From: Convolutriloba macropyga
Taxonomy: Eukaryota
Length of the DNA stretch: 64,000 bases
Assembly (NCBI RefSeq): GCF_964194025.1
Contig: NC_134468.1
Span: 74,834,001-74,898,000 of the forward strand
Direction of reading: 5' to 3'
The notes beneath the pieces are model-generated. The model saw only the letters and a list, made by a program, of their open reading frames with translations, did not search any database and was not told the origin of the DNA. Position 1 is the first letter of the stretch. Each line of letters opens with the position of its first letter. Below are positions 1 through 11,120 of the stretch, one piece after another. The translations under genes were made by a program, and so were the position numbers.

Positions 1-33
1 AGATATCCAAACCCACGGAGATGCTCACCATCA

Positions 34-2333
34 ATGAACGAGACTCCAGAAGCAAGCAACCCAGAACGTTCATCATTCTCCAACAAAACACCGCCTTTAC
101 CACCAAGACCGGAGAAACCATCAATGTTTTTGTCCGAATGCCACAGGACCAAACCAATGTTGTCAAAGTTTTTAAATGGCAACGACGAGAATCCCCTTTC
201 TATTGGAATGAGTACATCTAGTTCATTCAGACCAATTAACATCGATAACACAGTTGAATCCAAAACAGATGTAAAACACTCGGATAAAAATTTTGCGAAA
301 ACTGAGACGACCGTCGCAAAAACTCCCGATCGTTTTAATCTCAGTGATACAACATTATCTGCTGTTGATAATTTTACAGTCAATCAGCAGCAGCTTAAAT
401 CAGACAATAATTCAATCCAGCCGCTTAGTTTTGTAAGCACGCAAAATAAGTTCAAAACCATTTTCCTCAGGAAAACCTTAATTTCAGTCAAAAAACATAA
501 TATCTGAACTTTCTCGAGATATCGCCGAGGAACGTTTTCAGACACATACTTTTGAACCAAAGAGCATAGGTAGTTCCAAATACCAAGGAACACATAATCC
601 GCGCCTGATAAATCCCATTTCTGTCGAAAATTACAGTCAACAGAACCCACAGAACCTAGATTTTGATCTGCCCCGGACAAAGCAAACATTTGAACTGAGT
701 AACAATGACAAATTTTAATCAGTTCTATGAAAGTTCCTGCCAAAACGCGAACAACCTTCAAACGTCTAACATAACTTCTTTACCATTGCATATTGGACAG
801 GAATTGAAAAACACAGAGAATAAAATTTTGCCTGGAAGCTTTACTCAATTCCAGCCGCAGTCCCACGTCGATACCGTTGGCTTTGAGCCTCTCAACCCAT
901 TTGGTGTTCAACAAACCACCTGTTCAAAACCATTAACTGATAGTATTCCCATTGCTCCGTCAATCGCAACTTTTCCGCCACAAGCACTGCCTTCAGTAGA
1001 GCAAAAGCCCGAACAACATTTTCCACATTCACATCAGATTTCCAGTGTATTACATCCAATATCAAATGAAAGTTCCAAAAACCCTTCATTTGAAATCAAT
1101 TCTTTACCATGGACCTCAAACACAGCTCCATTTTGGCAGAATCCAACAAGTAAACACTCAATCAAGTTACCACCTCCTACGATTAATGGCAACCCATTGA
1201 AGTACCACGAATGGGTAAACAATTTTTTTTGCCTCGTACATAACAACACCAGTATTACTAACACACATCGTATAACATACTTGCAATTTGCAGTTACTGG
1301 CAAAGCAAAAGATGTTATCCAAGCGTAGTCATGTGATCCTGCTTATTATAGCACAGCTTTAAACGAACATATGTCATATTTTGGTGATCCTACAATAGTG
1401 GTGAACGCCTTCATAAATCAATTGGAAAACTGGAAATCAACTAATGACTATAACAAACAAAACTTTGTAGCCTTTGCTTCGTTCTTGAAACGTTTAGTGC
1501 AAGCATTCCAAAACTTGGGATACACAGCGGACCTACAGAGCTCAACACTTATGAAGAAAGCTAAAGAAAAAGCCCCGCATAACATCCTCCTCAAATGGAC
1601 AGAGCACACTGTTACATCAATCGAAACACCAACTACTTTAGTTGAATTCCAGAAATGGTTAGAAGTTCAAGCTCATGTGTACGATAAGATAAACCGCGAA
1701 AGCTTCCAGCAAAATAACCTTCGTATAATCAATTTTATTAAATCTGGGAACTCGAACGTCAGCGATAATCAAGCAAGAAATTTAAGTACCCAAAGTTCAG
1801 GCTCTCCAGCACAGCCGACTAACCAAAATCAGTCAACAACAATAAGCAGTAGCGATGCTGTAAAACCACCTAGCGCTCCGCCATTTCCACCCCAAAAACA
1901 ACATAAATCAGCCAAAGCGTTTTTGCGAGAAATGTCGTGGAAACCATAAACTAGCCACCTGTCCCCGATTACCAAAAATGAAGCCCAAACCAGCGATTTG
2001 ACAATGTAAGCAAGAGCAATCTTTGCTCGAACTGTTTGAGCAATAAACACAAGACGCAAAACTGCCCATCAACAAAACGCTGCCAAACATGCAGCGGATA
2101 CCACCACACAACACTGCATGACCCTGGCAAAATTATCCAGCGTCCGCCAGCTGCTTTTGCCACCAGCAATTCCACAGGATCAAATGTTACCAACCAAGAA
2201 AATCAGCCTGTCAAACAGCAATATAAACCAGGAAGTAACAACAACACAAGCATCTCATCCAAATCACAAAAGAGCCGCTAAGGACAGTCTTTTGCAAACA
2301 AAAATCATAATCAATTTCAGCGCGCTAATTTGA
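34..2333 (+). pseudogene. BEL/Pao gag, fragmented
   Basis: ORF pieces 34-507, 705-1328, 1371-1949 and 2036-2281 with BEL-type gag motifs and zinc knuckles, broken by stops and frameshifts. Confidence 0.8.
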
Positions 2334-2447
2334 ACAATGCCAACCAAAATTTTAAAGTGAATCATCTACAGTCTACTCCAAAAAACCAAAAAATGGTTCA
2401 AACAACTTCAGTTATCCCAGTATGTTTTCTAAACGGCAAGAAAGCTT

Positions 2448-5400
2448 TTGGATACGTACGCTCTGATCGATCCAGGAAGCCAATTTACTTTCATACTTGA
2501 CAAAATCACAGAGTTCCTTGCTCTTCCATGCGAAGATCAAGAAACTGCTACGCTTCAGTATCTTAATACAGAGCATGATATGCCAATTTCAAAAACTTCT
2601 GAACAAGTGACAGTTGCACCCTACGAAAATTTGGATCAAAAGTTTCAAATTACAACAACTTATAGCACTCCTTGTTTAAATGTAGAACCAGATAAAACAT
2701 TTGAACTCAACCAGCTTTGCGATGCATTCAAAGAATCGCGTCACATTGACTTCCCAGAAATAGCTGAAGGCAAAATTGGTGCACTTTTGGGAATAAACAC
2801 TTTTGCTTTCAAACATCCAGTTGAAGTTATCCCGGCAACTAAAAACCAGCCTTTCGGCGTAAAGACGAGGCTTGGATGGACCCTAGCTGGAGAGTACGAA
2901 AGAGTGCAAAAGCAACCCAAACAAAGATCTCACCAGCAGAAACAGTACGTGTACCACGTATCACGACAAAGCTCCGACGATCAGCCCCTCGATGAATTGC
3001 TTGAGCTATTCTGGAAAATTGAAGCCGAAGGAACTCAACCCCAGAGTGAATCTTCAAATCCCACTGACAAGGAAGCCCTTGACATATTGAAAAAGACAAT
3101 CAGTTACAATGGTGAGAGGTACGAAGTTGGACTCCCTTGGAGAAGGCCATTGAGAATAGAAAATAACTATTTCGCAGCTCTCAGCCAGCTGAAAAGTCTT
3201 CATAAGCGACTCAGTAATGACATCCAATTGAAAGAGTTGTATGAGCAAACTCTCACAACAGATCTTCAAAAATTTTATGTCAAGCCAGTTGAAATGCAGC
3301 AGCCAGAACCCGAGAAAATTTGTTATTTGCCTCATCACCCGGTGTTTAATCCAAACAAGCCCGGAAAAGCGCGCAGAGTAGCAAATGCTGCGGCCAAGTT
3401 TAAAGGCCAATCTTTGAATTCCAATTTGATCACAGGACCAAATTTGCTGGTTAGGAATCGAATCCTCCTGAGGTTTCGTGAAATCCCAGTTGCTATTCTC
3501 TCTGATATTGAAGGCATGTTCATGCAGATAGCAATAAGGCATGAGGACCAATCTGTACCACGCTTTCTCTGGCCCAATTAAGAGATTGTTAATTAATACC
3601 AGTTTACCAGATTAATTTTAGGAGCAACCTGCCCCCCTTTTGTGCAATTTTCTTGCTGAACCGTTGCGCAGAAGATAATGCAATTGAATTTCCAAAAGCA
3701 GTTTCTGCAATCAAAAACCATTTTTATATGGACAACTATATCCAATCTTTGCCGTCTATAGAAGAAGCAATTGAGACCATTAACCAGACTAATAGTAACC
3801 TTCATAAAGGTGGCTTTCGCTTGACAAAATTTGTGTCAAACAAACATGAAGCCCTAAGGTTCATTGAGCAAGAAGATCGAGATGAACTGAAAGAGATCAA
3901 TAGAGTCCTCGGTCAGAAATGGAATACCAGAACTGACTGTTTTCTAGTGAAGACATTAGAACAATTTCCCCGAAATGCAAGTGAGTATACACAAAGGAAA
4001 ATGTTCAGCTTATCATCAACCATTTTCGATCCCCTAGGAATTTTGTCTCCGCTCACAATTAGAATCAAAATGCTTTTACTACAAGTCTGGAAGCTAGGCA
4101 AGAAGTGGGCTGAACCACTTCCCACAGAACTTCAATCCAACCTGCAAAAAGTGCTCGACAGTTACTTTGCAATGCCTGATATCGAAATCCCCAGATGGTT
4201 GAACTCTTCAACGAATCAGTAAAATAATCACCAGCTCCATGTCTTTGTTGACGCCTCAACTGTTGCATTGGCAGCAGTTGCTTACATTCGCACCTAAAAA
4301 CAGGACGAAATCTTTCAAACCTCTTTTCTTGGAAAATGCAAAGTTGCACCAATAAAACAAATTAGTGTGCCAAAATTAGAACTCGAAGCAGCCGTTTTCG
4401 GTACACGCCTCCGCACATTGATACAAACCGAAATGACATTAAATTTTGAAAAACTCTACTTGTGGACAGATAGTCGTGTTGTCTTAGATTGGATCAGCTC
4501 AACTAAGAAACAAAACGTTTTTGTCTCGAATCGACTCGAAGAAATTAAGGAAACAACTAAAACTGATGAGTGGAATCATGTCCCAACTAATATTAATCCA
4601 GCCGACCATGGAACGCGTGCACTTGAGCCATCGGAAATCCCCCGAAATGGGTTAGAGCACCACAATTTTTGCAAGACACTGAAAAATCTTGGAAAGATAT
4701 GAAAAAGATTTCAACCGTGGGTGCGGTAACCAGAAACACAAAAACACCAATCAAACTTGTTCTAGACCCGAACCGCTTTTCAACTTGGAATAAGCTACTT
4801 TTAATCCTCGCAACTGTCTTCAATTTAATTTACAGAGCTAAAGAATCGTTCCAACAAATGTCAATACACTAAAGAGGATGTTTGTTTATCTCAAAATTTT
4901 CTGCTTAAGTTGGCTCAAAACAATGCTTTCTCTTCAACAATCAACGCATTAAAAAGAACACAAAAGTTAGACGCCAAGAGCAAATTGAGAAACTTAAATC
5001 CAATAATTGACAAAAACGGACTCCTACGATCTAGTGGCCGTCTCCTATTTGCTCCAACAGAATTGGAGAACGAAAAATGTCCAATAATCTTGGACGCAAA
5101 GGAAAAGATCGCGAGACTATACCTTGAACATGCGCACAGAATTTGTGCTCATCAAGCAACAGAACCAGTCAAAGCATTCGTACAACAACGCTACTCCGTC
5201 ATCGGACTTCGAAAAACACTACTTTCAATAAAATACCGATGTTTTTTGTGTAGCCGTTTTCACAATCAGAATATTCAACCAATAATGGCCCCACTTCCTG
5301 CATTTCGCTTCCCCACAGAAGAAACCAAATTTCCGTTTGCCAACACAGGACTGGACTTTTTTTGGCCGGTTTTATATTGAAGACAATCAAGGCAAAATCG

Positions 5401-6231
5401 AGAAACATTATGGACTTATTTTTACATGCCTCGTTACGCGAGCAGTCCATTTAGAAACATGTCCAGATTTAAATAGAAATCTTCCTCAATGCATATCGAC
5501 GGTTCACCTGCCGAAGATGCCAACCTATTTTATTGTACAGCGATAACGGAAAAACATTTGTCGGCGCCTCCGAAGAGCTGAAGAAGTCGGTTAAGGCTTT
5601 AGACAAAGACCTAGCTTTATAAAGCCTAGCTGCAGCCAAAACCACATGGAAATTTAACCCACAGTCCGGCCCTCATTTTGGTGGCGTATGGGAGCGATTG
5701 ATTCAGAGCGCCAAGAGGACACTCTTTATCGTTCTAGGATCTAAGCGTCTCTCCTTCGACAACTTTGAGACATTAATTGTTGAAGTCGAAGCAATCCTGA
5801 ATTCCAGACCCTTGACAAACGTTGCTTATCAGCCTTAAAACGAACAACCACTCACTCCTAACCATTTCCTCATTCAACGCCCGTACAGTTCTCTGCCACC
5901 CGGAAACTTTGGAGATCAACAGCCAGCTAGTTTCAAGAACTGGAAGCACGTGCAGCAGTTGATGAACCACGTGTGGCGGCGCTTGATTAAGGAATACCTG
6001 CCGACATTACTCAAGAGACGTAAATGGACAGACAACAACCAGCCTCCTCTGAAAGTTGGAGATGTTGTGTGGGTACTCAAAGACTTGACGCCGCGAGGAA
6101 TCTGGCCCCTTGGAAGAGTTGTGGAAACATCACCTGGACTAGACGGTGAAGTACAAGTTGCCAAAGTAAAAACGGCTTACGGCTCGTTCGTGCGTCCGGT
6201 CGCCGGCCTCGCACGGGTTTTTTCTCCGTAG
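2448..6231 (+). pseudogene. BEL/Pao pol (PR-RT-RH-IN), fragmented
   Basis: ORF pieces 2448-3581, 3653-4222, 4367-4702, 4910-5380, 5337-5546 and 5950-6231. The RT catalytic motif reads YMDN instead of YMDD. Confidence 0.92.
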
Positions 6232-6800
6232 TTTTTTAATTCAAATTTTTCGCTCCGGCCTCAGGCAACATGAGCTACATCCACCCCCTTTGATGTTATT
6301 ACCCTTACAGTATTTACATTTCCAATTATATAGGTTCAGGATATCGGATCAAACGACAATCAAGATGATCTTCAACCCCTGCCTTCCTTCTTGGAGCATG
6401 TTCCCAATGACCTTGGAAACTCAAGAAAAGCATGACATTTTGCTGATGATTAAAACTACCGCCAAAAACCTGAGAGTTACTCTTTCCCGAAAACATTTGA
6501 CAAGAAGTCGCAACCAAATAAGAGCAACCAAATGTCTAGAATATGTTTCATTACACTGGGAAAGCGATTAAAACTGATGATGACTGATCAAAAGGATTCT
6601 TTTTGATTTAGGAAATTAGTTGCCTTGTACCTTCAAACAACATCGTAGTCATCTTCTCCAGCCTGCATATTTTAAAGGCAGGCCCAATGAAGCCGCTGAA
6701 TTCTTGGTAATCTTGAATTGAGATCAATCAGCGTCAACTTTGCATAGTATGTGACTGTCTTCTTTCAAGTTTTCATGGATACAAATGGGGGGGGGGGGGA

Positions 6801-7099
6801 GGTTGCCAAGACCTACCAAATTTCAAATTTCCCCTTCAGCCCATACAGTTCTTCTTCCTCGGAGAGCTACACAAGTTTAATACCCCCCCCAGCTTTGCCG
6901 GTTCATCCCGTTTTTCAGTACGAAACGTCAAACCAGCGAAAGAATACTGCAGAACAAATTATCGAAACGACCAAGCAACTATTTTTCATACAGGACTAAA
7001 ATAATTTCTTCATATTTTCTTCGCAATTGAATGCATACTCATGGTTCACAAAGACACGTTAGAATACAGTTTCTGGCCTAATAATTTCAGCCAGGAACA
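6801..7099 (+). repeat. Putative 3' LTR of the BEL/Pao element
   Basis: Directly follows the polypurine tract. Starts (g)gttgcc (expected tgtt) and ends ggaaca, matching TGTT...AACA BEL termini. The 5' LTR is not in the window, so the right boundary is unconfirmed. Confidence 0.5.
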
Positions 7100-7462
7100 T
7101 TAATGGATGCTGCAGAGAAAAAAATTTTATAAAGCTCAAATGGCTTCAGTTTGCAATCACGAATTTGCAAGATTTATATTTAATTTTCGTTTCGGAATGT
7201 CTATTTGTCATCTTATTGATCTATAGTATCCAATTCCGGGGTAGACTGAAAAGTGGGTGTCTAAAATCTCGTTGTCTGTCCCCTTCAATGCAATATATTA
7301 TACTAAAATTTGTGCCGTAGCTTTTGAGGAATCAATTCTTTCTTTCGTTGCTCGTCAGAACATGCGAATTTTGATACTTGCTCAACTAATTTAAACTTAA
7401 CTGTTGAAATCTGATAATTGAAACTGAACTCTTATGAACTGTTAAAGTTGCTTTCAAAATAT

Positions 7463-9850
7463 TCACGAGAAGAATTTATTCTGCTCAATGTAATACATAC
7501 ACTGCATCAAAACATTTCGCTCATGACGAATATCAGGAGCCAACAACATTTCTAGCAAAGTTGCCTTTCTAGGCCTCGGTTTGTAAGTTCTCTGCACAGT
7601 CTCATTATTGTTCACTTCTTTCACTGGTGATCTTTCATTCCTGTTTCCTGACTCACTCGGCGCAGGAACATTAATAGGATCGACCTTCCCAGTTGGGATT
7701 TCCATAGGTGGAGCATCGCTATCCTCTGAATCCGATTCCTCTTTCTTGATCTCAATAAATTTGGGTCGTTTAGGTGCATCACCTGGCCTCGTGAACTTGG
7801 AGAGGTACTTTTGTCTGCTGGTCAACCTTGGCGGTCTGGAAAAACCAGAGTTGTTTGTAATCTCATGCTTGACTTGATGCGATTCGCCGTTTTGTTGACT
7901 ACCATCGTTAGGTCCGTTGTTACGTGCATTGTTCTGGCCTCTGGCTTTGCAATTCGAATACGAAACAGTTTCAATAGTTTCACCTCTAGACTGTTTCGCA
8001 AGCTGTTGCTTCATCTTAACCTCAATATTAGCTTTGGTCGGAAAGTGTTTTCTGCGCTGTTCACGCCACTTTCTGATTTCTTCAGGTGTGTCAAGTTTCA
8101 AATGGATGCCTCGAGCATGCGTATTTGCAAAGTGGTTCTCAACCGCTTCCTCATTGGCTGAAAAAGAGCAACCAGGATGCGGACATTTGCTGTGCTCAAA
8201 TTTGTGCTCCTCAAGAGACCTCTTAGTCCAGAACACTTTGTTGCAAGGATCACAGGAGATCAGAGATTCGTATCTATCATCATCATGCACTAGTCCATTA
8301 CCCACTGCAGTTGATCCTCCGTTGAATCTTCTGGAAGCAAAACTTTCCGTATAGCTATTTGATCCATTATCCCCTTGAAACGAACTTGCTGTCCTTTTAA
8401 TTGGCTGAAAAGGAGGCTTCGATACCTTCGAAGGCTCATTGCCAGCTAAGACAACGTTGTTTTTTGGTTTAGTAGAGACAGCTAGTGTTTGAGAACGAAA
8501 CGGTGCAGGTTTCTCAGTAGCGACATTTTGTGATCTGCAAGGAAAGGGAGTAGGTTTCAGAGCATTATCTGAAGATGTCAATGAAGCGTTAGCAGGGCCC
8601 ACAGCAGAAGTGAAACTTCTGTCGGCAGATTTGTCAATACACTTTGGCAATGTCTCCGGAAATGACATGCCACACATACTGCTACTAGCATTCCTCGTAG
8701 ATACAGAACTTGCAACAGCTTCATCGCACTTTTTTCGTTGGGCATTAATCATAATACCATGATGGTTTAGGTGTCCACTCTGGTTCATCTCCTGTATTAT
8801 ACAGTTAGAACCAGGCTCTTCCTTGGGCCAAACAGTTATCCCTCCAGCTTTAGTCGATGACGATGAACTTTCACTCATAGGCAAGATAGACGAAACGGGT
8901 GTCTGGTTCAAACTCTTGGCGAACTGGGCTAATACTTCTGACGATTTCTGAAGATGCTTTACAGCTGCATTTGTAGTCCAATGTTCTTTTTCGACCGTCG
9001 CCTTTTGCGAAGACCTTGGTGCACTTCCCCCAACTACTTTGCTTTCAAAAGCCATAGGCGAAATGTAAGGAGCATGTGCCCGTGAGTTCCTCGATTCCCG
9101 GACACTACTATTTCCGGGATACTTCCTACGAGGAGAGATCCAACTATCGCTACTTTCTTCACGCGATTCAGTTTGAAGTCCAGAAGATGATTGATTGTCG
9201 TTCAAATTTGAACTATCGCTTCTTACAGCAACCTCAGTGTCGGGTTTTGGAATCATGTTTGGCATCGGTGGCAAAAGAGAAAGAGGAAATCCCGGAGGAG
9301 GGAGCGGAGGCGGAAGAAAAGGTGGTGGAAAAGGAGGCGGCACTGACACTTCTTTGGCCGGTTGTTTTGCAGGACTGGGCAGCGCCGTAGTTGGCTGCTG
9401 AACAGTTGGACTGCGTTGCCCCATCAGTTGAGTACTCGTAGTTCCCGATACCTTGTTGAGGTTGAAAAAGTTATTCTCTGATGACGGTCTGTGATCTCTT
9501 GATACCTGCTGTCGGAAAACTTCAGATTGTTGAGCAACAAAACTGCCGTTAAAACCTGAACTGAAACTATGGGTTGCAGCAGTAGATCCTGGCTCATTCC
9601 ACCGATTGTCATTTGGAAGTGTCTGTCCCAAACTGACAGAGGTTCCAGACATAGCACTTTGCACAGGTTGCTGGCTGTGATTGGGCAAATGAAGCTTGGC
9701 CCTGACAGACGGGTCCTGTAGCATCTGAGACAGAAGGTGGACACTCTCTGGGTTGTGCATCAACTCGTTGAAGGGAGAGACATTGGATCCAGGGGTACTG
9801 GCCGGTTGGCCAGAGTTGCTGATAGAATTGGATAGATTGTTGAAGTTCAT
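7463..9850 (-). CDS. NUFIP1: NUFIP1/Rsa1-like box C/D snoRNP assembly factor, 795 aa, single coding exon
   Basis: Tandem zinc fingers CDPCNKVFW...H...H and CPHPGCSF...H...H; NUFIP1 motif LDTPEEIRKWREQRRKHFPT; C-terminal LLEMLLAPDIRHERNVLMQC...FF. Probable 5'-UTR intron at about 9907-10007. Confidence 0.92.
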   Translation of the reverse strand: MNFNNLSNSISNSGQPASTPGSNVSPFNELMHNPESVHLLSQMLQDPSVRAKLHLPNHSQQPVQSAMSGTSVSLGQTLPNDNRWNEPGSTAATHSFSSGFNGSFVAQQSEVFRQQVSRDHRPSSENNFFNLNKVSGTTSTQLMGQRSPTVQQPTTALPSPAKQPAKEVSVPPPFPPPFLPPPLPPPGFPLSLLPPMPNMIPKPDTEVAVRSDSSNLNDNQSSSGLQTESREESSDSWISPRRKYPGNSSVRESRNSRAHAPYISPMAFESKVVGGSAPRSSQKATVEKEHWTTNAAVKHLQKSSEVLAQFAKSLNQTPVSSILPMSESSSSSTKAGGITVWPKEEPGSNCIIQEMNQSGHLNHHGIMINAQRKKCDEAVASSVSTRNASSSMCGMSFPETLPKCIDKSADRSFTSAVGPANASLTSSDNALKPTPFPCRSQNVATEKPAPFRSQTLAVSTKPKNNVVLAGNEPSKVSKPPFQPIKRTASSFQGDNGSNSYTESFASRRFNGGSTAVGNGLVHDDDRYESLISCDPCNKVFWTKRSLEEHKFEHSKCPHPGCSFSANEEAVENHFANTHARGIHLKLDTPEEIRKWREQRRKHFPTKANIEVKMKQQLAKQSRGETIETVSYSNCKARGQNNARNNGPNDGSQQNGESHQVKHEITNNSGFSRPPRLTSRQKYLSKFTRPGDAPKRPKFIEIKKEESDSEDSDAPPMEIPTGKVDPINVPAPSESGNRNERSPVKEVNNNETVQRTYKPRPRKATLLEMLLAPDIRHERNVLMQCMYYIEQNKFFS

Positions 9851-10414
9851 CTTAAAAGCCGAGTGGCAACATCCACATCAATCAAACACGACAAAAACAA
9901 ATAAACCTGAAAAATACACTCAGATGAAACAACAAAGTTTAAGTAAAACTGGGACATGTATGCAGATAGAACTTAATAGTGTTTGATATACGTTTTGCAA
10001 TGTTAACCTGTTCGAGTGACATTCTATAACTAATAATTTCAACCCCTTACAACCTTGCTGGGAGCGATAAGTTTAGCTCCCAAGATCTTGCAATAAACTT
10101 TTGGGTCAGAAAAATCCTTTTGGTTAGCAAGATAGCCGTTTAAAAAATGGTTAGTGTCTGCTAAGCTGTAAGAGTCACTAGTAGAACAAAACACATTTGT
10201 AACACTTTTTTTTGGTCTCATCAAGAAAGTTGTTCGCGTGAGAACGGAAGAAGTTAAACAATGTATAGTCTTTCATTTCCGCAATTTGATTATTTAAACT
10301 CTCACGATATCTACACATATCTATGCGTTATCTATAGTTTGCGTGATAACTATGTGTTACCTCGATAAAAAATATGTCCTGTCCCATGCTATCGACCCAA
10401 CCCTCTTGTTACAT

Positions 10415-10525
10415 TGGCCGCCTTAGGAACTTTGTGAGATTTATTTGATTATTGAATTAATAAAGGATTACATTGGTTTAGTATAAATTAATCAAATAAA
10501 TCTCACAAAGTTCCTAAGGCGGCCA
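10415..10525. repeat. Perfect 37-bp inverted repeat with 37-bp spacer (hairpin or mini-MITE)
   Basis: 10415-10451 tggccgccttaggaactttgtgagatttatttgatta is the exact reverse complement of 10489-10525. Confidence 0.9.
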
Positions 10526-11120
10526 TGTTGATGACACCTCTCTTCTATAATCCTCCCTCCCCAAACATAACTGAGAATTGTTTCAACGTAAGAAATATAG
10601 CAAACCAACGCCATATATCCACAACGCACTGCTGAACACAAAAAGCATCAACAAATGGGCGAAGAGAGGAGCAAAAAAAACAGAAATTAGTGGCGCCAAT
10701 CATTGCATTTAAAAACAATCAACATCGATTATGTTAACGCTTCACTGATTGTCATTGTGCTGTACCTATCGGACCTGAAACTGTTGGACGCACTCGCAGA
10801 CAAAACACACATAGTACGTATCCAAAAAAATTGGCTGTACAGCTATCTAAAATCAAAATATACAAAATTATTGCTAGCAGCACTGATCAAATACGTTTAC
10901 TATATAGAGAAAATAAATGCACGTACTCAGCAAGCTAACGCGTTTGCTTTTTTGGCTACAACAACTCGCAAAAACCAATCTAATTTCAAATTTTCTCAAT
11001 TAAATTTATTCAAATATCTACTACTACTGTTATCATCAATTGATAATTTGCAATGAACAACTTAAACAGCTGAATACAAATTAATGTAAAGTAAATAGTA
11101 ACAAGATTGAAGTGTCCAAA

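Larger units (their letters stand above)
1..7099 (+). mobile_element. BEL/Pao LTR retrotransposon, decayed; 5' end lies outside the window
   Basis: Domain order gag (INGNPLKYHEW; Cys/His knuckles about 1920-2120 ending HHTTLHD), protease (LIDPGSQ), RT (YLPHHPV, SDIEGMF, FYMDNY), Pao RNase H (IFDPLG, LHVFVDAS, PKLELEAA, WTDS, NPADHGTR), integrase (RAVHLE, HFGGVWER, LNSRPL, WPLGRV). Many stops and frameshifts. Purine tract at 6787-6800. Confidence 0.95.

Noticed and set aside
7608-9744. Antisense or overlapping ORFs on NUFIP1 (likewise on UTP3, CLYBL and the retroelements)
   Set aside because: Shadow ORFs of real coding sequence.
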